Assembly: GCF_009914755.1 (NCBI RefSeq)
Contig: NC_060939.1
Reading direction: 5' to 3' (one strand)
Length of the DNA stretch: 64,000 nt
From: the human T2T-CHM13v2.0 reference genome, Homo sapiens
The translations under genes were made by a program, and so were the position numbers. The number at the start of each line of letters is the position of its first letter. Positions within the stretch are counted from its first letter, which is position 1. This document shows positions 1-36,265 of the stretch, piece after piece. The notes under the pieces are model-generated. The model was not told where the DNA came from and ran no database searches. It saw only the letters and a program-made list of their open reading frames with translations.

Positions 1-1484
1 AGTAAAATGAATGGAAAGGAAGCAAGCAGAACAAGTCAGATTTGCTCTAGTCTCAAAGTTACATTAAAAATCTGACCAGTCATTCAAGAGAAAAGCATCA
101 GCAGTTAAGTGATGAATAATTTTGTACAGGAAATCACAATGGCAACTAACTTGAAGAATCCTACTTCAAACAGTCTTCCCAGGCTTGAGAAAGAAGTGCC
201 CATTCCTTCTAGTTTCCACATTATCTAAATCCATAAACTCTCTACCTTCCTTACCCGTTTATAACATTTATAGACTCAACTTGGACTTTTCTTATTTAGA
301 TATGAAAATGTGCTTGTGTGCTCCCACTCCTCACTCTTTTTGGTTTGAGGATAGGACGTTAAGTCTCTGTACTCAGCTTTATCATAGGCCCAATCTTACC
401 ACAGTTAGGGATAAAAATGTCTACCCATGTGTGGACACACGTGCCTGTGTGTGTCCACCAGGGAGAGAGATGAAGATGGAGATGATGCTATCATTATAGG
501 TCATAAGCACTCTCACCACTCTACCCTGGAACTTTCTATTACTATTAACTCCACTCTGATCAGTTCTTGGTTTTCTCATAGCCATGGTGTAGAAATAGAC
601 TGATAGCTGTTGAACTGACATTCTTCACTGCTCAGGCTGTCAATTCATCATGCATTTACACTCAAGTCTCGTGACAGATTTAGGTAGGGCCTGAACAAAA
701 CTCAGGACACCAAGAGCCTCAAGGCTTGAATTGCCCATTTCTTCCTTTTACAGGACAGGTACTCATAACCCCTGTTTTCACCTTCCCCATTAGCCTTAAC
801 TAGGTTCAGCTCTCCACCCAAACATCATGACCTTCTCTCAAACTGGGTATGTCAGTGACAAAAAGTAAAATTCCCATTCAGGTTATACTCCAGAGGAGGC
901 ACATAAAAGATAATAAAGAACAATCTGATTTCTCTGGCAGGTCTTAGAGATGGCCCTTATGATATAACCCAAATCTTGTCCCAACTCAATCCTGTTGTAC
1001 ACTATCCTTTCCACACTGATCCAATGATTGTCCATTTCCTGAGCCCAGAACCTGAGATCATGGTGGCTAGAATAATCCCTAGATGTTCTGTGTCCAGAGT
1101 ATGCACTTATCAGAAGTCCCTAAACAAGACTAAACAAACAGATGGAGTATATCACCTCCTTTTTCACTGTCCCCTATTTCAACCTGAACTTTATAGCCAA
1201 GTCACTGGAACTAGATATATGAACGCTATTTACACCAACCCTCACTTCCAGAGGGCACTCAATGCCATTAGGCTAAAGATAGTGTGAGAAAGAAAAAACA
1301 GAAAACCAGAGCAGAATAGCGTAGAAGAAAACATACAAGACAGTTGGTCAAATGCTGGAGTAACTACAGTAAGTGGAACATTTGCACACATTTCCCCCAA
1401 CATCCCATTATACATACTCACATATCTATAGGGCCCTCAGAGACCCGTCATTCAAGCAAGGCCTACTCTGTCAGTCTAATATAG

Positions 1485-2170
<686 letters not shown>

Positions 2171-2179
2171 TATAGTGAT

Positions 2180-2335
2180 AACAACAATGGCCTAGAAATT
2201 AGGAGACCTGGATTGCAGCCCTATCTCTGCTACTCATAGCTGTGTGACCATAAGAAAATCATTTAACTTTTCTGTATATCAGCTTTCTTATCTGTAAAGT
2301 AATAAGGGATTAAATTAGATGATCTCTAACTCCAA
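2180..2335. mobile_element. MIR
   Basis: ggagacctgg...ctctgctactcatagctgtgtgacc...tctgtaaagt core. Confidence 0.7.
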
Positions 2336-2800
2336 TAGTAAAATTCAACTGCATTTTGTATCTATAATCAATTACCCTTTGAGAGAGGGAGATGAAAGGT
2401 GTCTATGATATCTTTATGTAATCGGTTAAGTGATGAAGAAAGACGAGAGGTCAACAGAGATTTCTGGCTTCATCTGGTAACTAAAGGTATTTAGGCACTT
2501 GGTAGTAAACAAAGGCCAGGGGGAGAAAAGAGAAAGAAAGGGAGGGCATAGGGAGAAAACAGAAAAGAAGAATCTCAGTGGGCACCAAGAACCATGAGAA
2601 TCTCACTACTCGGAAAGACAAAAGAACTTAATCAGAGGGATGCTTAGGCTGAGACAAAGATAAAAAGTGAAGAATCCAGACAAATCAAAAAGACTATTCC
2701 AACCCTAACCCCACTTTGGATGCCAGGCACACAGAGTAAGATTCACTCATATATTCAATAAATATGTGTTGGTCACTTGCCCTGTGTGGATTAATCATAA

Positions 2801-3121
<321 letters not shown>

Positions 3122-3425
3122 TCATTATTATTTTTTAATAAGACAATGAATACCCAGAGACCCAATCAAAGAACTAAATTCTAAACCTAAAACATTACCA
3201 GTGACTTACATCTAACTATATGCCTCCCTTTGGAGGTAATCACTATCCTGCAATTTGAGTTATTATTCTTTTGTTTTTTCTTTTTCCTTTAGTTTTCACA
3301 CACACACACATAATACACATATATATGCCTAAACAATGTTTAATTTTGTTTGCTTTTGAACAATATAAAAAAGGCATCACAGTCTCACTCTGTCTTCTGG
3401 GACTTCCCTCTTCTTATTGAACATA

Positions 3426-3732
<307 letters not shown>

Positions 3733-3852
3733 AAAAAGTACACTTTTATTACTAATCTTTTGTGGTTATATGTGCTGCAAATGTCTTCTGTCGGTTTGTA
3801 GCCTGTCTCTTCACTTTCTTTAGGGTGTCTTCTGAAGAATATAAGTTTTAAA

Positions 3853-4145
3853 TTTTTTTTCTTTTTTGAGACAGGGTCTCGCTCTACTGCCCAAGCTGGA
3901 GTGCAGTGACATGATCATGGCTCACTGCAGCTTCAACCTCCTGGGCTCAGTGATCTTCCTGCCTCAGCCTCCTGACCAGCTAGGACTTACAGGCACGCAC
4001 TGCCAGACCTGGTTATTTTTATTTTTTTGCAGAGATGGGGTATTGCCATGTTGCCCAGGCTGGTCTTGAACTCCTGAGCTCAAGCAATCATCCCACGTCA
4101 GCCTCCCAGTGTTGGGATTACAGGTGTGAGCCACTGTGCCCAGCC
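3853..4145 (-). mobile_element. Alu (AluJ-like)
   Basis: Reverse Alu with J-type features. Confidence 0.93.
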
Positions 4146-4434
4146 AGAAGTTTTTAATTTTAATATAGTCAAATTTATCAATCTTTTATGATTTGTAATT
4201 CCATTTTTTCTATTCTCTGGAAGACTTTAGATAAAACTAAAATAATTTGTTCCTTGAAAGTTTAAGATTAATTTGTAAAACCATCTGGGCTTGGTGAGGT
4301 TTATTTTGTGTGTGGAAATTTTTACACAATTTCTATTTCTTTTATAGTATTATGATTATACAGGCTATTTCTTGTCAGATTTGTTATCTTTTTCTAGAAA
4401 TTTATCCATTTTATCAAAGTTTTTAAATTATTAG

Positions 4435-4833
<399 letters not shown>

Positions 4834-4928
4834 TAACCAGGGTTTATCTGTTCTGTTAGTTCTTTGAAATCATCTTTGGACTTTTTTGGTACTATCTATT
4901 GTACCTATTTTTATTTCACAGGTGTTAG

Positions 4929-5199
<271 letters not shown>

Positions 5200-5920
5200 T
5201 AATAATCTATTAAGAATCTAGCACAATCCCCTTCATGTAGTGAACATGCAACTACATGGTGACTATACCTTGTACAGAGACTACATCAAACAAGCACAAA
5301 AGCAGACTGAAAATGAACTAAGACATAAGCCAGGAAGACTGAGAGAACTCTAAATCAGATTTCCTTTTCTGAGCTTGACTCATCTCCTGATTAGAATCTG
5401 GACCTCATCTTTAGAATAAAATGCTTTATCTTGCATTCAATGTGACTAACATAATAGTGTAAGATTATAGACAGTTTAAATTTTAAAAGATGGTTGAGAG
5501 AGAGAACAGTGTCTCTAGAAATATAAGCCAATGGAAAGGACGCAAGCCTTCAGGCCTTCAGATGTTTTCACATGTAAACTTACATGTACAAGTATACACA
5601 AACACAATCTATAATTGCCAACACCAAACGTGTTCTACAAAAAGCCTTGTTATGTCCCTGTTATTCCTCCACCCATTCCCAGGGCCAAGCCCCTGCTATG
5701 AATAAAACCATCATTTTTAACAATAACTGGCCTCACCTTGTAAAGAATCTAAATTTCTAATAAGAAAATGTAGAGAGAGAGAGAATATGTATCCATGATC
5801 GGGGAGAGAGCTGACACAGACCAAGTATCCATAATGAGGGAGGAACAGACAGCACAAATCATGTATTCACAAATGGAGGCAATGTAAATAGAGTCAAGGT
5901 GGCCACAGAATATTTCTTAC

Positions 5921-24146
<18,226 letters not shown>

Positions 24147-24149
<3 letters not shown>

Positions 24150-24343
24150 TGGGTCAGTGGGTCACACACACTCTCAGGTCAGTGCTAGGCAGCACCCCTC
24201 CATACCACTAGCCGAACCAAGGCCAACGAGATGGGCATTTAGGAGACCACAAAGGGAGACAAGGTAGGGCACGATGTCAGGGACAACTGGTGATCTGTTG
24301 GGGATGGCAGGCTCTGCTGTTGCGGTGGTAACAAGTCACTGTC
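24147..24343 (-). CDS. PARP6: PARP6 exon: 194 nt of 5'UTR ending in the start ATG (24149-24147)
   Basis: ttccacag|GACAG...CCAATG|gtgaga; ATG joins phase 0 to DIKGQF. Confidence 0.93.
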
Positions 24344-24386
24344 CTGTGGAAAGTAGATAATAATGGGTTTCATCACCACTTAATAG

Positions 24387-24883
<497 letters not shown>

Positions 24884-25123
24884 TAGAGCAAGATCCTGCT
24901 CTAGCTCATAATGTTACAACTCCTAAAGCCAAAAGTGATGGTGGCAGGACAAGATGCTTATGTTTACTCTGTTAGTTAATTCTTCAGAGTACCAACTCAC
25001 ACCAGAGTTAAGATTCAGAATCGGATTATTTCTGGACTCTTTATTCTTAGTTATTTCTCCATATTAGCCAGTATCTCTCTTTAAACATCAGTATTACTAG
25101 CTATTATACGGCAACAATAGCTA

Positions 25124-25446
<323 letters not shown>

Positions 25447-25778
25447 CTAAAGTCATCTTGGAACCTGCTTCCCAAAGAAAAATGCAATAATTATCCCAAA
25501 AATTGCTTAGAAAAACTTTTACTTAACCCAGAGCCCTTTCATACACAATTCCCTGCTCGCTTCTAATCCCACAGACTCCTAATCCTATACCAGCAACTTT
25601 TAGCTCCATTAAAACCTCCACATATAGCAGAAAAACAAAACAAAACAAAAAACTCATCTGTGAAATTATGAAGGCTTTAATGGCTGAAGATGGCAAATCT
25701 ACCCTAAAAGCAGGCTAAAAAAGCTTTCTGTTGCTCTCTAGACCAGCAAGTCACTGGCTTTGCACACATCGCAGCTGA

Positions 25779-26686
<908 letters not shown>

Positions 26687-27692
26687 TCTAGTTCTAGATC
26701 CTTGTGTGTTCTAAGGACCTGTGGTTCATTCCTTAGATACCAACTTAAGTCTGGTAACTAAGCCAGGATGGGGACAAAAGACACCATGCCAGAGCAGAGC
26801 CAGCATAGGAGTCTTCCAGCTCATAGTGTTGCCTGATCCTTCAGAAACAACATGCAAAAGGAAAGTATAACTAAAGTTCTTAGAGATGGAATGACCCGAT
26901 TACTGAGATTTGTTTAAAATACTACCCTGGCACACACATAAAAAAAGGAGGGAGGATAACAGATGAAATAAATACAGCAAATAGCAAAATGTTGATTACT
27001 GGTGAAGCTATGTGACGTACATGATGGTTTTCTGGTAATCCCTACCTCCCTACTTTTGTGTAAAGTTGAAAAGTTTCAAAATAAAAAGTTTAAAAAAAAA
27101 ATCAGAAGCTACTCTAATGGGCTGTCCTCAAAGTCAAGTCTAAATGTTAACAGGAAGATTAACCAACACTCCACAATTGCCTCATTACTGTTCTTCAAAC
27201 TCATCAAGCATATTCCCACTATAGGGCCTTCATCTTCCCACCATATTCCCAAGCATATTCCCGCCATAGAGCCTTTGTCCCTGCTGTTCCCCTTTCTTGG
27301 AATGCTTTCCACCCAGATATCCACATGGCTTGTTCCTTCACTCTTCCAGATCTCTGCTCAAAGGCCACCTTGACCATCCTATTTATTAAAACAGAAACAA
27401 CTGAACACCCACACACTAGCACTCTCTATCTCCCTTCCCAGCTTTATTTTTTTCCACTTACCATGTTCTAACATATAAAATGTTTATCAGAATGTAACCT
27501 CTGGTGGCAGAGGCTTTGACTGCTTTCAGTCTACATTCTTAGTCCCTTAACACATTTCTTGAATGAGAGAATAAATGAATGAACCCTCTGCTGGATACTT
27601 AAGTCAAATGGGAGATATATACAATAACCTGCATGTTTCTACACATAGACAAAAATCACACAAAAAAATGATTTTAAAAAGCAAAACTTCAC

Positions 27693-27957
27693 CTTCAAGA
27701 GCAGCTGAGATCCAGAATGTGAAGATCTTGGGGTGAGGTTCGTGAGATTTGAAAATAAACAGTCAAGTGCTGATCTGGATGATCACAGAGGAATAAAGAG
27801 GGAGGCACTAAATGTCCAGCCTGGGTTGCCCTGGGGTGAGGGGTAGGATGACGGCAGCGTTAGGCCAGAAGTGCCAACTTTTCACGGTCTTTGTTGCTGC
27901 AGAAGTCAAGAAAAATTTAGCCTCTTTCCAAGGGCTGTTGCTGCTTGGTTTCTGTTG
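27693..27957 (-). other. PARP6: PARP6 non-coding 5'UTR exon
   Basis: Polypyrimidine tract + tag at 27960-27958; donor AAG|gtgaag at 27692. Confidence 0.75.
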
Positions 27958-28769
27958 CTATCACAAGGAGAAAAAGGTATTTCAGAGGGAGTTTTTCTTG
28001 TTCAAGCAAGAGACAGTTCAGAGATTACCGGCTTTTTCAAACCAGGCTGCTTTAGTGAAAGGGACTTGCTTCCTCTACTCTCAATGCCCTTTCCTCTGGA
28101 GAGATGGAAAGTGGATTTAAAAGGTGAAGAGTTGGAAAAGGAAGGTGGTGGGTTATGGAATTCACAGGATCACAAACACTTTTTAAAAAATTAGCCGGAA
28201 ACGTGGCCTAATTCAAAGCTTTCATGTTACACACAGAATACTTAGACCTACAGAGGTCGACCAATTTGCTTAAGGTTAGGAGTACAGAAGGACTGGGATG
28301 TAAAGACATTGGACAGGTCCTAATTACATCTAATCTTCATGTGATGTGGTTATAATTAATTGAGTTGTTAATGAAGTAAGCAAGAAAGACCTATCTGATT
28401 TATCTAAATGAGGTAAAGAATGGGCCCTTTCAAAAGAAGTTGGGCCAAAAATAGACTATATGATGAGTGTCCAGAGAAGGTGTTAAAACTCAGCGGCTAA
28501 TATAGAACGCTTTATGAGTTTCCACGAGAATAAGTCAAATGTAAATGAGCCTCAAGTCTGGATCACAAAGGTCTTTCCCTAGGTCCATGGGCGCTTCTCT
28601 AGGTGTGACAACTTCACGTCTAGTCAAAGCAGCTTCAGAGCTCAATGTTTAAATTGTGGGTTGGGCTCCCGGCTTTGTGGTCCTGGAGGAGGTTACTCCA
28701 CTCCATCCCGTGTGCTCCCTTCTCAGGAGTAGGCCACTAAACAAAGACTACTAGGAAGAATCACTGAGG

Positions 28770-29670
28770 GGCGACTCCCGCAGGTTAGCGCTATCTCGGG
28801 CACCCCGCAGGGAGAGAGGATACGGCTGCCCCGCGAAAACACTCTCTGGCACCCGTGCTTCCAGGACAGGCCCTGAGGCCTCTCCCGGGGAAGCAGTTAC
28901 ACCTGTTCTCCGGGGCTCCCCTGAAGACCCCAAAAACACCCAACACCTGCCTCCCCAGGAAAGACGCTCTGGGCCCGATCTATGCCGCCCGGCCGCCGGG
29001 CCTGAGTGAAGCCTGTCCAGCCTAGGAGGGGCCCTCAGAACCTCCCGGTCCAAGCCTCTCACTTCGTCCACCCCTGCGGAGACGGGGCGAGCCCCGCACC
29101 CTTCCCGTGGCCCGGCCGCACCGCCCTGTGCCCGTGGTGGCGGCCACACAGGCCAGCCTGGCGAGTACTCACGGCGACCCCGGGCCGCGCGCGGCCGCAG
29201 CCGACGGGACGAGCGGCCCGGGACGCCCCGCGGGGGCGGAGCGGCAGGCCAAGGGGCGGGGGCCGGGCCTGGCGGGCGAGGTCGCGCACCCCACGCCTCG
29301 TCGTTCCGTCACGGGCGCGCTCAGCCACTCTGCGCACGCTCGCGCGGTGACACGATGGCACGTGGCCCGCTCCTGACCAACAGCCTGACGGCCTGCTCCT
29401 GGGCGCGCCTCAGCAGCCGACGCCAGCCCTGAGACGCCTGCGCGGCGGTCGCTAGTCGGGAAAGGGTGCGGAGTGGGGGGTGGCGCCTGCGCCGTGGGTA
29501 GGGGAGGCAGTGGAGAAGGAAGAGGGACTCTGGGGGAGTGCGGGGAGCCTTCCAAAGGAGAATACTTGCATTTAGCGCCCCGAGTGGTTGGGAGGAACAA
29601 GCAGGAAGGGCAACCCAGGTTGCCTGTAGGCCGGGAGGGAGTCCCCTCGCCGGAGGTTGGGGCCGGCAGG
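28770..29670. promoter_or_regulatory. CpG-island promoter of PARP6
   Basis: Dense CpG and high GC; GC boxes near 29232-29265; NRF1-like TGCGCACGC at ~29331; E-box CACGTG at 29359-29364. Confidence 0.9.
29063..29250 (-). other. PARP6: PARP6 first non-coding exon; candidate donors at 29062 and 29172, TSS approximate
   Basis: GAA|gtgaga and GCC|gtgagt donors inside the CpG island. Confidence 0.55.
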
Positions 29671-29976
29671 TAGAGACTGAGGGAAGTCCTGAGGCCTTGC
29701 TGACTGCAGGATTCTCTGGTTCGACAATGGAAGTCGAACACCTCGGGCTTTTAAAAATTCTGGCATTTAACTCATTTGTTCCCCGGTAGCTGCAGCGTGA
29801 TGGAGAGCACCCTGGCCTTCTAGTCAATCTGGGTCTGAAGCTTGGGTTCGGCACTTATTGATGGTGCAGCCTTAAGCGATGACTTTCACTTTGTGAATCT
29901 GATTTCTCCTCTTTGAGGTGGAGACAGTAATATGTGTTTCACGGAGCCGTTGTGGTGAGGATGAACTGAGATAGTG

Positions 29977-30056
29977 TTAGGTTGAACCGTAGGAAATTGC
30001 TATTTTTGCAGTTTATAAACAGTCAGATACCTTCAATTTCATACGATTCCAACTAA
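29977..30056. mobile_element. MADE2-like mariner MITE
   Basis: 80 bp with degenerate TIRs ttaggttgaaccgtaggaaattg / caatttcatacgattccaactaa. Confidence 0.75.
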
Positions 30057-31422
30057 TCCATGTAAAGTAACCAGCAGAGTACTTGGGACTAGGAAGTAGT
30101 TCATACATGGAAGCTGTAATTGTGGTTATTGTGGTTATTAACCCTAGACATGGCCAGATCTCCTTCATCCTTATTAGTCTTGGGGCTTCCACGTGACCCT
30201 CTTTTCCATCAACACTAATGGGAAAAGGCTTATCTTAGACCTACTCTGTTTCCTCACTCCCTCTTTGTAGCTGGACACAGTACACACAAAGAAGGCTTTG
30301 GCCCTGAATGATATAAACACGTCATGTCTATCCCTCCTAAGCTGGCCTCAGAAGTTTCCCAGTTAACTTTTTGTTGTTGGTTGATTTACATTTGCACATT
30401 CTCAGCCTCTCCTTTCTAACTCCTTCCCCTTTTGATGTCCCCCTCTGCTCACCTTGCCACTCAGCCTGGGCCACAACACCGTCTCGGTGTGAGTTTGTTA
30501 CATCTACTGCTTATAGTAACTGAAAAAAGTGAGGGATCAATATAACCTCGGTTTCAGAGTGCGGAAGTTCAGAGTGGTAGGGGAAGGAGTCAGGCCTGCT
30601 CTCTAAAACAACTCACCATCAAGGGCCCCGTAATAGCTTTTGAGAACCAAGTATGTATGGGAGTGTTTGAACATAAGCACTGTGCCCATGAGTGACAAGT
30701 CCAACTCCAGTATTCAATAACCTTTAGGATTCCCCCTTTCCAGCATACCACCACTAGCTCTTCTATTCATCATGAATCTCAGCCACCTCATAGTTTACCA
30801 GTATCTTCCAGGCTTCACCTCTTTTCCTACCCAGTCCACATCCTTGGTCAGTCATTTTAATCACATCTTTGTTAATATGCTTGCACTTACTCTGTAAAAA
30901 TCACACTCCTGGGTCATGCCAGCTATCTACCTTCTCTACTCTCTCATCCTAAACCAGGATAAAGGAAGTCATCCAATCCTGCACACTTAAGCTTGTGAGT
31001 GGACACCATTTAGGTTAGTCTAGCCCATGAACCCTATTCTGTGGGAATTATCGTTTCCACACCCACACTATGGATCCACAGGCCCCAGGGCCATGTTCGT
31101 CTTGTGTGACCTCTAGCACTTTAGCTGCAGTTTATTGAACTGTGAGTGGATTCCTGGTCTAAGCTGTGTTAAACAGATGTTCTCCTGAAAATCTGGGATT
31201 AGAGCTGACAGATTATGATTCTAACTGGACTGGTTTCTTAAGCAAAAGAGACATAGACTTAGGAGCTATGGTACATCTACCTCCCACCTACTATGATGAA
31301 TGAGAAAAGGAAAAAGACCATCTGGGGACACAGAATGAAGCATGGAGAGGCAGAGACCAGAAATGGTGAGACTACTCTCCGCTTTCTGGCAGCTTCCCAG
31401 GCACCCCTCCCTTCCTTCCTTC

Positions 31423-31676
31423 TTTTTTTTTTTTTTTTTTTTTGAGACAGGGTCTCACTGTGTTACTCAGGCTGGAGTACAGTGGTGTGATCATAGCTTA
31501 CTGCAGCCTCCAAGGCTTAAGCATGCACTAACATATCTGGCTAATTAATTTTTTTTTGCAGAGATGGGGTCTCCCTATGTTGCCCAGGCTGATCTTGAAC
31601 TCCTGGGCCCAAGCAGTCCTCCATCTTGTCCTCCCAAAGTACTGGGATTACAGGTGTGAGCCACTATACCCTGCCC
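31423..31676 (-). mobile_element. Alu (AluJ-like)
   Basis: Reverse Alu with internal deletion. Confidence 0.9.
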
Positions 31677-31780
31677 AAGGCACTTTCTGAGGCCCTCTGA
31701 TCTTGAGGGACTAGGAGTCAGTTTTTATCTAGAATAAATGGCTTAAGCTAACTTAATGTGCACTCAGTACAGAGCTCCTA

Positions 31781-32104
<324 letters not shown>

Positions 32105-32529
32105 TCAGAAGTGGAGAGGGCTCTCTTCAAATACAAAGTTAGTCCTTTCACTGTGATCTGTATTTCATTCCTTTTTGCCTCCTTGGGAAATTTGCTCCTT
32201 ACCTCTCTCTTTCATTTATATTCAACTTTTTCCTCTCCCCTACTCGTTGATCTCAGTATATAAGCTTGATCAACTAGCCCAACCGTAAAAAGAAAATCCA
32301 ATTTGAATCCTATATGCCATGCTACTGATTTTTCTTGCCTTTAACCAAACTTCTAGGAGTAGCCTATACTGCCCCTCTCCACTTTCTTGTCTTCAGTTGT
32401 TCCTTAAATCTGGTGTCATCTGACCTCTCCCCAAAATTTCTACTGAAAATACTTTCACCAAAGTGACACATGACTTACAAATGGACAAATCCATTGGGAA
32501 TTTTCAGGCTTCATTTATATGACCACACA

Positions 32530-32612
32530 GTGTCATTTGGCATTGTCAATCATCTTGCCCCTGCAGTTGACTGCATGGTGTCATTTGGCATTGTTGATCA
32601 TCCTGCCCCTGC
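32530..32612. repeat. 48-bp-period tandem duplication in L2-like sequence
   Basis: gtgtcatttggcattgt..atcatc.tgcccctgca occurs twice. Confidence 0.85.
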
Positions 32613-33299
32613 AACCCTTTCCTCTGTTGGCTCTTATGGGCTACACTCTTCCAGTTTCTTGCTACACCTCATATGACTCCTTCACAGTATCCTTATTATA
32701 CTCCCTTTCCTTCATTCCCTACTTAAGTAGAAAAGCAGTTCAGCCCACACCCATTTCTCCTATTACTCTTCCCTGTGGCCTCCATGGCCACTTGAAGGAG
32801 ATCTTGATAATTTGGGGTTGCCCAGAAACAGAATCTCCTTCTTATGTTACAAGTTTTAGAAGTAAGCAGAGCCTATCTTTCATGACAGACACTAAAAAGG
32901 TTGAATCTTTGCTTTCCCAGCTCTCTAGCTAAGACAGAGGCATGTGACCTTGGCCTGGCCAAGCATCTTCCAGAAATGTAGTTTCTGGAGTGACTCAGAG
33001 AAATAGAATCATAGAGAATTCATGCCAGTGGCAATGGTGACAGGAGAGCAGGGTCAGCTTTACCCCATGCCCAGGGACTTTCATGGTGTGGGTACTGGTA
33101 GTGGTGACATCCCATGTCCAATAATGATGACAGCAGCAGTGGTCTTGTGGAGCTGGTTCTGGCATCTGAATTTGGCCTGTGCTGTGGTGGACTGGCCTCT
33201 CATTGTTCCTGCCTATTTTCCAAGCTTGGGTCTTTTGCCTGGCAATCCCGTGACCCACCTAGTGCCCTTTCAACAAAAGTCTCATTTAAATCCACCTGA

Positions 33300-33653
<354 letters not shown>

Positions 33654-34085
33654 TCCATCCTGTACTTCTTGAGTTTCAAGTTAACTTTGGTCAAGTTGTC
33701 TTTTGGACAGCTCCACTTGGATGTCACATAGGCAAACATCTTCTCACTGTATTTCTTTCATGTTCCTAACTTAGTAAATCTCACCTATGACTTATTCAGA
33801 CTGAACCCTGAGAAGAAAGCATCTTAGACTTCTCCCATCCTTATTTAAATGGAACCAATTTTACCTCATAAACTCTAAATTTTACATCTTAATACATCTT
33901 CTTCTTCTTTTTCTTTCTTTCCAAACTCTGGCCTCCTGCCCTCTAGCTGCCTAAAAGCACAGAGACTCAGAAGGCAGAACAGGCCACACGCCTGGGTCTG
34001 GCTTTTCCCAAGGGATATCTTAGGTGCTGAGCAGAAAATGCAAGAAACTAAAAAGCCTGTGGAATGAGCCTCAGCCTCCTGGGGA

Positions 34086-34191
34086 GTAGTAGACAGGGTC
34101 TCAATATGTGGCCCAGGCTGGTCTCAAACTCCTGGCCTAAAGTTATCCTCCCACCTCGACCTCCCAAAGTGCTAGGATTACAAGTGCGAGC
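34086..34191 (-). mobile_element. Alu left-arm/FLAM fragment
   Basis: Partial reverse Alu. Confidence 0.85.
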
Positions 34192-34368
34192 AAATTAATA
34201 CATCTTAAATCAATCCCTCCTTTATATTCCTATTCCTCCCTACCAGAACTATCGCATTCGCCTCCTAATAGACTCCTTATCCAGTATCTACTCCTGCAAT
34301 CTATTCTCCACTTAGCTGCTTAGGGGATCTTTCTAAAACTCAAATCTGATCATGTCACTCCTCTATTA

Positions 34369-34733
<365 letters not shown>

Positions 34734-34834
34734 CTATAGATATAACCCTATTTGACTCTCACCAGCCCCTCACATGCATCCTACACTCCAGCCTGGCCAG
34801 ATTATACATTCTTATAGGCCATGCAGGACATACT

Positions 34835-35154
<320 letters not shown>

Positions 35155-35856
35155 TAGTACTTAGTGGAGCTGACAATCACAATGCTACCTCCTGCCCCCT
35201 TCTACCCCACACAAATGGATGCATGACCCATCAGGCCAGGCAAAGGACTCCATCATCCTGACCAAAGTGATTAGTTCAGGTGTGGGTTTGTGACCTAAGC
35301 AAAGCCAATCATAATCTTCTGCTCAAAGCTCTCTTGCTTTTGAGGTTAATGTGCTAAGAGGATATGAGATTGAAGCTGCTGGCACCCAGCTCTCCCTGCC
35401 ACAGGGCAGAGAATGGGGCCAAGGCATAAAGAGAAGCAGAGCTCTGAGAAATGGAATGAGAGAGACCTGATGACATTGTTTGAGCCCCTGAGATGAGCCT
35501 TGCCTGAGGTCAGTAATACCACCGCATTTCTCAGTTCTCATCTTGCTTAAGCTGGTTTGTCTTGGTTCCTATAACTTGCTACTAAATCAGACCTAATACA
35601 GAAATGGAATGAGGTATGGAATTGATGGCACTGAAGTGAAGTTGAGGCAGTGGAGATCCCCACTTGGCTGGGGAACTGGAAACCCCTGCTATTTGGTATC
35701 AAACCAGCTGGTTAAATGATCATCTATTTTATCTTGAGATTCAAGTCATGTATCCATCAAAGTGGAGATTTCTGGGATGCACTGGAAAAAAAAAAGTTTG
35801 GATGTTGGAGTATGTTGACCTCTTCTTGAGATTTTCAATAAGGTCCTCCAGTTTGA

Positions 35857-36265
<409 letters not shown>

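Noticed and set aside
185-1287. ~100-aa plus-strand ORFs at 185-499 and 976-1287
   Set aside because: Non-ATG starts, antisense within a PARP6 intron, no recognisable domain
28751-29854. Many overlapping ORFs of up to 190 aa in the PARP6 promoter
   Set aside because: GC-rich CpG island is depleted of stop codons; products are low-complexity R/P/G/A with no family resemblance
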